Below, piece after piece: positions 9,435-18,491 of a DNA stretch of 64,000 nt (positions within the stretch are counted from its first letter, which is position 1; each line of letters starts with the position of its first letter). Source of the stretch: Methanothrix sp. (GTDB taxonomy: Archaea; Halobacteriota; Methanosarcinia; Methanotrichales; Methanotrichaceae); contig OY821645.1 of NCBI GenBank assembly GCA_963682135.1, positions 2,048,001-2,112,000 on the forward strand, in the 5' to 3' direction. The notes under the pieces were generated by a model, which ran no database searches, was not told the origin of the DNA, and saw only the letters and a list, made by a program, of their open reading frames with translations. Position numbers and translations under genes: made by a program.

Positions 9435-9475
9435 TTGATTACAATTGTTAACCAATGGCTATACATGTATATAAT
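9435..9475 (-). promoter_or_regulatory. Probable promoter/operator of the sulfur-transfer operon
   Basis: TATA-like TTATATA (minus) overlaps a perfect 12-bp palindrome TATACATGTATA (9460-9471). A second imperfect palindrome is centred on ACAATTGT (9441-9448). Confidence 0.4.
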
Positions 9476-9689
9476 CTTGCCATAATCATATGAATTTAAT
9501 CCTTGCGTTATTGCCACCAAGGATGAAAGAATCCTAGGCGATATTTAGAGAGAATGCCGCCAGGGTTGAATATGCACTCATGCGGTAGGTATTTATGTAT
9601 GTATCATTTATTTATAGAAGAGTAAGCCATACTTAGGCCGATCATTGCTAAGACATTTATTCAGTAAAACAGCAAATGATAGTATTAAT

Positions 9690-10592
9690 ATGTTCCAATA
9701 CAGGCAGATCAGAGGACCAGTTCTGATGATGCTGGTCATCCTAATAGCGGTACAGCTAATAGCTATTGCTATAACGCAACCAATAAAAGAAAGCTTTGAA
9801 CGTGGCGATGTCCCACCGCCGATTTCTGAAAGTACATCATCAACAGAAATCTCGAATGATATTATTATATTTATGATTGTCATTATGGCCTATACAGCGC
9901 TTCTTATTCTGGCAGCCAAGCTAAAAAATCCTTGGCTGCTAAATGGTCTTATTCTGCTATCAATGGGGATTTGCATTGATTATGTGCTAATGATTTACTT
10001 GCCTGAAATAAACTATTTGCCCGAAACGGCCAACACTCCACTCATTGCCCTCATCTCCACATTTGCATTATTATTGCTGATGAAGATGTATCCTCGATGG
10101 TATGTCATAGATCTAATCTGCATCATGATTTGCGCAGGAATCAGCACCATATACGGCATCAATATGAACATATATACGGCAATTTTTTTGCTGATAATCA
10201 TGGCCATTTATGATATTATCTCTGTATATAAAACAAGGCATATGGAATATTTGGCCCAGGCGATGATCAGGATAAAGGCACCATTGATCTTTGTTCTGCC
10301 CAGGAGTAAGAGTCACAGCCCTGGAAGACATAATGATTCGGCCCAATCTGATGATGGCAAAATGACCCCGCCATTCTTTTTAGGGCTGGGAGATGCCATA
10401 ATTCCCACAATGCTTGTCGTATCTGTTTATCATAATAATGTGGGACCCCTTCCCATGCTGGGCGCGATGCTCGGAACCTATCTTGGATTTATTATTCTGA
10501 TGACTGCATTATCTGATCGAATGCATGCAGGTCTTCCTTTTCTAAATGGTGGCGCAATTCTCGGGTACTTTTTAGGGTGTATCCTTTCGTGA
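9690..10592 (+). CDS. Presenilin-family intramembrane aspartyl protease (PSH)
   Basis: Multiple TM helices with catalytic YD (AIYDIISVYKTRHM), GLGD and C-terminal AGLPFLN. Start codon uncertain. Confidence 0.9.
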   Translation: MFQYRQIRGPVLMMLVILIAVQLIAIAITQPIKESFERGDVPPPISESTSSTEISNDIIIFMIVIMAYTALLILAAKLKNPWLLNGLILLSMGICIDYVLMIYLPEINYLPETANTPLIALISTFALLLLMKMYPRWYVIDLICIMICAGISTIYGINMNIYTAIFLLIIMAIYDIISVYKTRHMEYLAQAMIRIKAPLIFVLPRSKSHSPGRHNDSAQSDDGKMTPPFFLGLGDAIIPTMLVVSVYHNNVGPLPMLGAMLGTYLGFIILMTALSDRMHAGLPFLNGGAILGYFLGCILS

Positions 10593-10614
10593 TGCGGGCT
10601 TTCCTGTTTTATAT

Positions 10615-11616
10615 TTATTTTTTATAATCTAATAAGTACTTTCTTAATTTGCGCCAGCTTTCCATCTCATCCTCGTCGGGAATCAGATACTTTGAAGGTA
10701 TGGGCACCTCCATTTTGCTTGCCAGATCAAATCTGTAGAGGTCAAATACTGCCTTTACATGTCGTCCATAGTCTTTAACTGACGAAATCGATGTTGAATA
10801 AAATAAGTAGGCTAATATTAGAGAACAAATCGAGCAGACAATAGCCTCCAGAGTAAAACCGCAGAAATGAAACGCGGCACTGCCTACAAATGCATAGACC
10901 AGAAAAATGAACGAGAGATAGACCAGGAAATCCACCTTAGCACCCCTGAGGTCTAAATCCTCTTTTATCTCGGAAGGCAGAATTAGCCATAGATGTTGCC
11001 AGAAGACCAGCATATGCATGCCGTATTGAATCTCAGAATATTGTTCATATTCAGCAATTATATTTCCAAACCTGGTAGCCGCATCAGGGTATCTCTTGCA
11101 GAATGTCCCCATATTCGGATTATAGGGGTATTCCCTTGCTTTTGCAGATAGCTCGGACTCCTTGCATAATAGCTCTCGAAGTTCCATCTCATCGCAGGAG
11201 TTTTCCTCCATCTCATGAATCTCTTTTTTACGCAGTTTTACCTGGTAAAGACCCCTGTCGATCTCGTTAAACTCATCGAGAACCGCCCTGTATCGCCAAT
11301 TCCAGACAGGCTCCGGCCAGAAGCGCAGGCTTTCAAAGAACTGATAGATCTGCACGTCAAGCTCGCTGAGCATAATCCCCAATAGTATCCCCAAAATTGC
11401 AAACACCAGGATTATATCTGTAAATGAAGAATTATTTGTATTTAACATATTGATGATTTCTTGAAAACAATCCGGGTAGGTATATTTATTTTGGATTAAG
11501 TTATGATATAAACTATAAAATGGAATATAATAGATCAATGAAGCTATGAACCCAGGAATGAATGTCCTGATGATAAAAGAGGGACCAAAGCTGGTTGGAA
11601 TATCAGCAATTCCCAT
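10615..11616 (-). CDS. Hypothetical multi-pass membrane protein
   Basis: 333-aa ORF with about four hydrophobic segments flanking a charged coiled region. Confidence 0.75.
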   Translation of the reverse strand: MGIADIPTSFGPSFIIRTFIPGFIASLIYYIPFYSLYHNLIQNKYTYPDCFQEIINMLNTNNSSFTDIILVFAILGILLGIMLSELDVQIYQFFESLRFWPEPVWNWRYRAVLDEFNEIDRGLYQVKLRKKEIHEMEENSCDEMELRELLCKESELSAKAREYPYNPNMGTFCKRYPDAATRFGNIIAEYEQYSEIQYGMHMLVFWQHLWLILPSEIKEDLDLRGAKVDFLVYLSFIFLVYAFVGSAAFHFCGFTLEAIVCSICSLILAYLFYSTSISSVKDYGRHVKAVFDLYRFDLASKMEVPIPSKYLIPDEDEMESWRKLRKYLLDYKK

Positions 11617-11629
11617 TTACATGCACCGC

Positions 11630-13441
11630 TTATTTACCAGATCGCTTGTTGTCTATGTTTCTCTTAAACGAAACGATATCATCGAAATCATCGTCATCCA
11701 TTGGGGGCTCTCTTCCCCTATACCCAGTTGCAATTATGACGATGAATCCGCCCGCTATCAGGCCCATCAATTTTAAAATATAATATATTATTACGTTCGA
11801 ATCTTTACCACCACCCATCGCTTCCGCAGCAGTTGCGTTTTCAGTTGTCTTCTCTTCCGTCGCCGCTTCCGCTTCAGTAGCTGCTTCAACGGGATGCTCA
11901 TTGCCGGCCATCTCGTACGCGATCTTATACCTATCATCGTTATCGTTTTCTGAATGGTGTGATGGTATCATAGATTTACTCTCGGGAGGTTTAGGCGAAT
12001 TTGATTTTGAAGGGACATTGGTATCCTCGGTTACCTTTGAATCACTCTCTGGAGGGTTAGATGGAATTGATCTGGATATTTCTAACTTATTGCCAATATT
12101 TAATTTAGAGGGAGAGATATCTACTTCATCTATAATATTGGCACGTTTGCTAAAATCATCTCTAACAATAGACTCAATCTGCCCATCAAGAGTCTCTCCG
12201 TAATTCGCGGAATACATGCTTTTTTGAAAAGATTCGATTGAACTGGATGGACGGATCATGTAATTCTTGTTGAGTTTGGTTTCAGGTTCTATAAAATCCT
12301 TTAAATTCTTGTAACCGACGAGATCTGTGCTATTGAATACATCCAATGACGCAGTCACATTCTCATTCACAATTGAAGGCACAAAATCAACTACGTTCGA
12401 TGGCGTTTCATTTGCTTTGATGCTTGTTTCATTGATCGATTTGTTGGATTGGTTATCAAGGCTGCTTATGTAAACCTGCATTTGTTTTGGCGAGGCATTG
12501 AATGGCCCACCAGGATATGGCGATGCCACATCAAGGTTCAGCCAGACATCATTTGTGCTGAGATTGATATGACTGTAGACATCGCTTACATTATATCTTT
12601 TTTTGATTTGGTCCACAGCCACCAAAACATCATTTCTTTCTTGGGAATTATGCGTTCCCAGGTATGCCTCGGCATACAAATGCAAGTTATCTGAAGAGAG
12701 ATTCGAGGAAATATTTTCAACTTTGCTCGTCACACCATATCCAGCAATAATTCTCGCATCTATTCCTAATTTCTCGCAAAACGCGCTAAGTAGGATGGCA
12801 GGATCTTTTGAACTCTCGTTGACATTATTTATAAAATACAGCATGCTCTGCCACCCAGATTGGGTACCATTTAAGGTCGAACTATTACTGGCATTAATTA
12901 ATATAGAAATTAGTAATCGGGAGTTTTTATTATCCTCTTTTTTGCTAAGATAGTCGAATAGCAAATAGATCAGCAACAGCCTTTCTTCGAAAGAATAATT
13001 GGCAAGCTGGTAATAGCTTAGAGTTTTGCCGTTGTCGTAAATCACATACAAATTGCGGTTTAGAGGGACATTTCCCGCCAGATATTTGCTCAAGTAGGCT
13101 GCGGTAATATTTGTTGATGCCTCAGAATCCGTGAAATTTCCATGGCGGGCCAGAACAGTTCCCAAGATTTCCGACCCATTATAGCCTAACACAGAATTAT
13201 TGTCCAATATATAATCGCCCATATCTGAAAAGACATATGCAATGCTATCCGAGGCATTGACGGCTAAGGGGGTGACAAAGGTCGGTGCATTCTGCAAAGC
13301 TTCTTGCTTTGACAAAATATCTGCGGGCCCGACTTTATTTTCCAGCGAACATGCCAAGTCCAATTCAAGGCAAATCAGGGTCACAGACAGAACAACGGTA
13401 AGTGCTAGTCGGACTGCTGCAATATTGTTGTCCATTATCAT
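11630..13441 (-). CDS. Large membrane-anchored surface protein with a degenerate transglutaminase-like domain
   Basis: Signal peptide, many N-x-S/T sequons, AILLSAFCEKLGIDARII...HLYAEAYLG...WLNLD, a Pro/Ser/Glu/Ala linker and a C-terminal TM helix. Confidence 0.7.
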   Translation of the reverse strand: MIMDNNIAAVRLALTVVLSVTLICLELDLACSLENKVGPADILSKQEALQNAPTFVTPLAVNASDSIAYVFSDMGDYILDNNSVLGYNGSEILGTVLARHGNFTDSEASTNITAAYLSKYLAGNVPLNRNLYVIYDNGKTLSYYQLANYSFEERLLLIYLLFDYLSKKEDNKNSRLLISILINASNSSTLNGTQSGWQSMLYFINNVNESSKDPAILLSAFCEKLGIDARIIAGYGVTSKVENISSNLSSDNLHLYAEAYLGTHNSQERNDVLVAVDQIKKRYNVSDVYSHINLSTNDVWLNLDVASPYPGGPFNASPKQMQVYISSLDNQSNKSINETSIKANETPSNVVDFVPSIVNENVTASLDVFNSTDLVGYKNLKDFIEPETKLNKNYMIRPSSSIESFQKSMYSANYGETLDGQIESIVRDDFSKRANIIDEVDISPSKLNIGNKLEISRSIPSNPPESDSKVTEDTNVPSKSNSPKPPESKSMIPSHHSENDNDDRYKIAYEMAGNEHPVEAATEAEAATEEKTTENATAAEAMGGGKDSNVIIYYILKLMGLIAGGFIVIIATGYRGREPPMDDDDFDDIVSFKRNIDNKRSGK

Positions 13442-14194
13442 CGGCCTTCTTTTGTTCTTATACAATTTGATTCGATTCAAGAGCTGAATTGTATACTTGT
13501 ATGGACTTTTGCCGGGTTTCCGAAATGTACCATCATGCAGATGGCATTATTTTTTAAGGATATATAGTTTTTTTCATAAGAGGCTTCCTATAAGTCAACC
13601 TAAAGTTTAACACCGATTATTTATATGTGCATCAAGTTTGCGAGGGTATTTCATACCAGGATATTGGAAACCTTTTCCTCCCGCGGTTAAATCTCTCGGA
13701 GCGATTTTCGAAAAATTAAATTCCGATCACTTCCAGAATTGCCACCATCACTTTTTCTTTGTCTTCTCTTCGCCGGGCTTCAATGATAACTGGCTTATGC
13801 TTTGGGTGAGCTGAGCCACATGGCATTCTAATTATGATCGCAGATGAATATTATTTCTTGAGCTGGTTAGATATTCAAATCTGATCGTTGCCAATTGATA
13901 CGGTTGGTAGCGTCACATTCCTCATTGACAGACGGATAAGATATTGCCCAGGATTGCTACCACGTTGTCCTGGATTGTGACCGGACTGTTCGGGTGCAGC
14001 AGGATTGGCAATCTTGATCTGCGCGACTGCCCATTATAATTAAGGGTAATACATCAATAAGGATTGGATAACTGGTAATAGGTATTTATCCTCGGAGGAG
14101 TGAGTAATCAGGATATAGGGCCACTGCGAATTTACAGCAGACGAGGCATGCTACCACAGTACCATAAATACAGGAGACGGAAGGAGATGAAAAC

Positions 14195-14959
14195 ATGAAA
14201 TGGTTGATATGCACATTTTGTATCCTTGCGCTAGCTGGGGTCGCATTGAGTGCTGACAAGATGGAAAATCAGACTAAGTTTATATTTCTTCAAGAAGGAT
14301 CTAGCGGCAGTTTTGTAAATGACAGCTCAGGCAACTACACCCTGACCATGAACGATGTAGTTCCTTATACCGTATTCTTCGCAGATCGTCCTGCACGGGA
14401 TGTCGGATTAGCACCGATAGATAAGTTCCTCAAAGGATTTAACTTTGGAATCAATAATCCACCTAATGCTGCAATAATACTCCCTGATGAAAATGAGACA
14501 TCCGACATGATGGTAGTGGAACTGACGAACCCACAATATAACAATATTACTAAGACGCTGACATACAAGGCCAAACGACTCAAGAATTATTCATTTCAAT
14601 CAGGGTGGTTACAGGATCATGCCAGTGAGGTTGATCCCGCTATTCCTGAAAAATTTGGTAGTGTCAATCTGGTAATTGACGACAGCCCACTGTTGTTGAG
14701 CAGAGTTGCATTGACCAAGCATGATAAAAAGGGTTCTGATAACACGGGGCCAGATAAAAAGGAGGAGGGCAAGGATAAAGATCTGGGGCCTGTGAAGGAT
14801 TGTCCGCAGGGAGTATGCGGCGACTTGCAATGTCCTCCTCCAGGGTATGTGTGTTGTGGCGGAGCGCCGTGCCTTTCGGATGAATGCATTAATGACCAAT
14901 GTGACAACGATCCCACCGCACACCCTGATCATAAGGAGCTTGAACATAAGGGGGGTTGA
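14195..14959 (+). CDS. Secreted hypothetical protein with Cys-rich C-terminal module
   Basis: GGAG RBS, signal peptide, FADRPAR motif, then a charged linker and CPQGVCGDLQCPPPGYVCCGGAPCLSDECINDQC. Confidence 0.8.
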   Translation: MKWLICTFCILALAGVALSADKMENQTKFIFLQEGSSGSFVNDSSGNYTLTMNDVVPYTVFFADRPARDVGLAPIDKFLKGFNFGINNPPNAAIILPDENETSDMMVVELTNPQYNNITKTLTYKAKRLKNYSFQSGWLQDHASEVDPAIPEKFGSVNLVIDDSPLLLSRVALTKHDKKGSDNTGPDKKEEGKDKDLGPVKDCPQGVCGDLQCPPPGYVCCGGAPCLSDECINDQCDNDPTAHPDHKELEHKGG

Positions 14960-15070
14960 ATCCTGCTTACTTTTTCAGCAAAGGGTTTTGAGTCGTCTAT
15001 CTCCAGTCCGATCTCCCGCACTATATCAGGTCGGCCCGAAAAATGCATTTAAATCTTACCTGTAAGAAGA

Positions 15071-15176
15071 TGCCGGGGGCGGGATTCGAGCCCGCGACTT
15101 CGAGATACCTCAGGAAGCGCGCGTTAATCGTATTACCCTATGAGTCTCGCGCCCTAACCAGCTAGGCCACCCCGGC
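15071..15176 (-). tRNA. tRNA-Met(CAT), elongator type, with a 32-nt intron at 37/38 (15107-15138)
   Basis: Acceptor stem GCCGGGG/CCCCGGC-A. Anticodon arm CGAGA-CT-CAT-A^...^A-TCTCG with a canonical bulge-helix-bulge (CUCA/UGAG helix, UAG and GUA bulges). Confidence 0.93.
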
Positions 15177-15308
15177 ACGGCATAGATCCTCAATTGAATT
15201 GTTAAATAAGGTTTGTGCCTGCACGCTCACAGGTGCGTGCGCCCGTGGCCCACGGGCGGGTGGGGAAAGAGCCATCATTTAGTAGCTCTATAGATCTGCA
15301 AGACCATC

Positions 15309-16505
15309 ATGCCCTCCGACATAACAGGCTCAGTAAGCGATACGCTTTCCAAAAAGACGATAGTAGTAGGAGTTACAGGCAGCATCGCCGCCGTGCGGGT
15401 GGTGGACCTCATTCGCGATCTGATCCGGCGCGGCGCAGAGGTGCACACTGTTGCAAGCAGCGCCGCCCTGCAGATCCTGCATCCCTACGCTCTGCAGTAC
15501 GCCACTAACCATGCCGTGATTACGGAGATAACCGGCCAGGTGGAGCATGTGCAGTTTTGCGGCGTGGGCGGTCTGGCGGACCTTCTGCTCATCGCGCCTG
15601 CCACTGCCAACACCATCGGCAAAATGGCTTGCGGCATCGACGACACGCCCGTGACCACGTTCGCCACCACGGCTTTGGGCAGCGGAAAGCTCGTCGCCGT
15701 TGTTCCTGCCATGCATGAAGCCATGTACCGCCACCCGGCAGTGCTGCGCAATTTGCAGACGCTGCAGGGCATGGGCGTGACACTCATCGATCCACGCCTG
15801 GAAGAGGGCAAGGCCAAGATCGCCGACAACCTGACCGTGGTGCGAGAGGTGGAAAGGCTGCTGGGGCCGGCAGACCTGGCCGGCAAAAGGATCGTCATCA
15901 CCAGCGGCTCGAATGCCGAGACAGTCGATCCCATCCGCATCCTCACCAACCGCGCCTCGGGCAAGACCGGCATGGCCCTGGCACTGGAGGCGCGCCGGCG
16001 CGGCGCAGAGGTGACGCTGGTGCACCGCTTCATGCAGGACATCCCTGTTCGCCAGGTCTACGCCGAGAGCGCCAGGGAGATGCTGAACGCAGTTCTCGCT
16101 GAGCTGGAGAGGGGCTGCGACGCCCTGATCAGCGCCGCTGCCGTGGCCGACTACACGCTGGACGCAAGCGCGGATAAGATCAAGTCCGGCCAGGATCTGG
16201 TGCTGCATCTTTTGCCCACCCAAAAGATCATCAAGACGGTGCGTGAGGCCTATCCCCATCTGAAGATTGTGGGCTTCAAAGCCGAGACGGGTGTGACAGA
16301 CGAAGAGCTTGTACTTCGGGCAAAGAAATCCATGCAGGGCGCTGGGTTGGATCTGGTGGTGGCCAACGATGTCGCCCGGGGCGGCATGGGCACGGATGAC
16401 AATCGTGTCCTAATAATAGACCGCCTGGTTTCGCGCAAAGTGGCGGAGGGCAAAAAGGGCCTGATTGCAAAGATGATTATAGATGCCCTGGTGGAGATTT
16501 TATGA
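15309..16505 (+). CDS. coaBC: Bifunctional phosphopantothenoylcysteine decarboxylase/ligase
   Basis: GVTGSIAA, APATANTIGK, PAMH, DPIRILTNRASGKTG, AAVADY, GFKAET, VAND. Confidence 0.96.
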   Translation: MPSDITGSVSDTLSKKTIVVGVTGSIAAVRVVDLIRDLIRRGAEVHTVASSAALQILHPYALQYATNHAVITEITGQVEHVQFCGVGGLADLLLIAPATANTIGKMACGIDDTPVTTFATTALGSGKLVAVVPAMHEAMYRHPAVLRNLQTLQGMGVTLIDPRLEEGKAKIADNLTVVREVERLLGPADLAGKRIVITSGSNAETVDPIRILTNRASGKTGMALALEARRRGAEVTLVHRFMQDIPVRQVYAESAREMLNAVLAELERGCDALISAAAVADYTLDASADKIKSGQDLVLHLLPTQKIIKTVREAYPHLKIVGFKAETGVTDEELVLRAKKSMQGAGLDLVVANDVARGGMGTDDNRVLIIDRLVSRKVAEGKKGLIAKMIIDALVEIL

Positions 16506-17362
16506 GCGGCTGCACCAAGTGCGCTCAGGCCTTTGTGCCCTCTCACATTACCGGCTTTTTTGCCGCCCACCGCCGCGAGGAGCCGCGCCTCGCAGGCTCC
16601 GTTGGCTGCGGCCTGTGTCTTTCCCTGGGTGCTACTACTATCGTAGAATCCGCTCCTGATATCCAGGAGACGGAAATCTTTCTCAACGGTGTCCTCTCTG
16701 AGGCTCCCGTTTCCAGGTATGTGGTGGAAAAACTGGCCAAGGGGCCGGTGCGGGTGAAGACAGAGCTGCAGATGCCTTTTGGGGCGGGCTTCGGAGCCAG
16801 CGGGGCAGGGGCCCTGGGCTGTGCCTATGCCCTTAACTCATTTTTTGATCTGGGCCTCACGGCGCACGGGGTCGCAGCCGTAGCCCACGAGGCAGAGGTC
16901 ATGCATCGAACTGGTCTGGGAGACGTCATCGCCCAGAATGCCGGCGGCCTGGTAGTGCGACTGGAGCCGGGCGCGCCCGGTACAGGGAGAATCGATCACA
17001 TACCAGTTCCGCCCCTGCCCATCAGCTATGTGGTGCGAGGCCCCATCTCCACTAGCCAGGTTCTCTCCGACGAACGGGTAATGGCCTCGGTCAACGCAGC
17101 GGGCGAGGCGGCCTTGAAGGAGCTATTGAAGAGGCCCACATTCACAAATTTCCTGCAGCTCTCCCGCCGCTTCACTGTGACCTGTGGCCTGGCCAGCGAT
17201 TGGGCCTTGCAGGCCATCGAGGCAGTGGAGGCGGCGGGCGGCATGGCCGGCATGATCATGCTGGGCGACGCAGTCTTCGCCTTTGGGGGGGCCACGGCCC
17301 TCCGGGGCTTCGGCGAGGTTCATACTACTACTATCTCACAAAGAGGTGCCAATCTTGACTGA
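16502..17362 (+). CDS. pok: Pantoate kinase (GHMP kinase)
   Basis: PSHITGFF, PFGAGFGASGA, AHEAEV, TGLGDV; located between coaBC and pps. Confidence 0.92.
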   Translation: MSGCTKCAQAFVPSHITGFFAAHRREEPRLAGSVGCGLCLSLGATTIVESAPDIQETEIFLNGVLSEAPVSRYVVEKLAKGPVRVKTELQMPFGAGFGASGAGALGCAYALNSFFDLGLTAHGVAAVAHEAEVMHRTGLGDVIAQNAGGLVVRLEPGAPGTGRIDHIPVPPLPISYVVRGPISTSQVLSDERVMASVNAAGEAALKELLKRPTFTNFLQLSRRFTVTCGLASDWALQAIEAVEAAGGMAGMIMLGDAVFAFGGATALRGFGEVHTTTISQRGANLD

Positions 17363-18119
17363 TATTCCAGCGTCTCATCCCAGGTATGCTTCTTTGGTGG
17401 CACGCGAGCGCGTAGCCCAGGGAGTGAAGAGCGGTTACACCAGCAGCCAGGGGCTCATTGCCCAGGGCAGAGGCGAATGTTTTGACTATCTTTTGGGCGA
17501 GAAGACTACAGCTTCGGCAGAGGTGGCAACGAAGGCGGCTGCGGCCCTGCTGCTCCTGGCGCGCCGGCCTGCGCTCAGCGTAAACGGCAACGTGGCCGTG
17601 CTCGTCGCAGAGGAGATGGTAGCCCTGGCCACGGCGCTTTGCATCCCTCTGGAGGTCAACCTCTTCCACCGCTCCGAGGAGCGAGTTAAGAAGATCGCCG
17701 ACCTCCTGCGGGAGAAAGGCGCAAAAGAGGTGCTGGGAGAGAATCCTGATGCATCCGTTCCCGGTCTGGACCACGCCCGGGCGCTGGCGACAAGGGGCGG
17801 GATTTACGATGCCGATGTGGTCCTCATTCCCCTGGAGGACGGCGACCGCTGCGAGGCGCTGGTGGACATGGGAAAGAAGGTCATCGCCATCGATCTCAAT
17901 CCATTGTCCCGCACGGCCCGAAAGGCCACGGTGAGCATCGTGGACAATATTCTGAGGGCGGTGCCCAACATGGCGGGTCAGGTCAGGAGGCTATCGGAGC
18001 TGCCGCGCGCGGATCTGGAGAGAATGGTGCAGGAGTACGACAACGAAACGATTTTGCGCCAGGCAGTGCAGGAGATACAGGATCATCTGGAAAGGCAGTT
18101 TCGAGAGGGCGCTAACTAA
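17355..18119 (+). CDS. pps: 4-phosphopantoate--beta-alanine ligase (phosphopantothenate synthetase)
   Basis: IPASHPRYASL, GRGECFDYLLGE, VNGN, PLEDGDR, IDLNPLSRTA. TTG start after a GAGGTG RBS. Confidence 0.93.
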   Translation: MTDIPASHPRYASLVARERVAQGVKSGYTSSQGLIAQGRGECFDYLLGEKTTASAEVATKAAAALLLLARRPALSVNGNVAVLVAEEMVALATALCIPLEVNLFHRSEERVKKIADLLREKGAKEVLGENPDASVPGLDHARALATRGGIYDADVVLIPLEDGDRCEALVDMGKKVIAIDLNPLSRTARKATVSIVDNILRAVPNMAGQVRRLSELPRADLERMVQEYDNETILRQAVQEIQDHLERQFREGAN

Positions 18120-18491
18120 CTTATCCGGGCCTCTTGTCGCCTTCTGCACGCTCTGGTCCGGGTTTGAAGATAAGTGCGTATAACTTGCACTTATTTCAAT
18201 GATTGCCTGCTGTTGATTAACTCGCACCTGTAAAACGAAAAAAATGCCGCAAAATCCGCCGCGAACCATCAGAGACCTTGCGATGACGAAAGCATATTTA
18301 TAAAAATATTATCTGCCTTCTTCACGCCGAAAGAGCTGGAGGAATTTCAGAAATTGGAGTTTTAAAGAGGCGGTGCATATGCCGCACGCTCCTCTTTAGT
18401 TAACGTTGAGTGGCATTGTCTCCTGCCTCGTCGCGCTCCCGGCAATCTTTCTTCTGGGCGCAGCAGCTCGCATCACCCATGAAGGGATAAT

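Noticed and set aside
13500-14190. Possible gene remnant in the 700-bp gap
   Set aside because: The frames I translated gave only short peptides with no recognisable family.
9480-15070. Integrated element at tRNA-Met
   Set aside because: The composition shift is suggestive, but I found no integrase and no convincing duplicate of the tRNA 3' end.
18120-18490. Possible small ORF or remnant after pps
   Set aside because: Only short fragments without a start context or recognisable homology.
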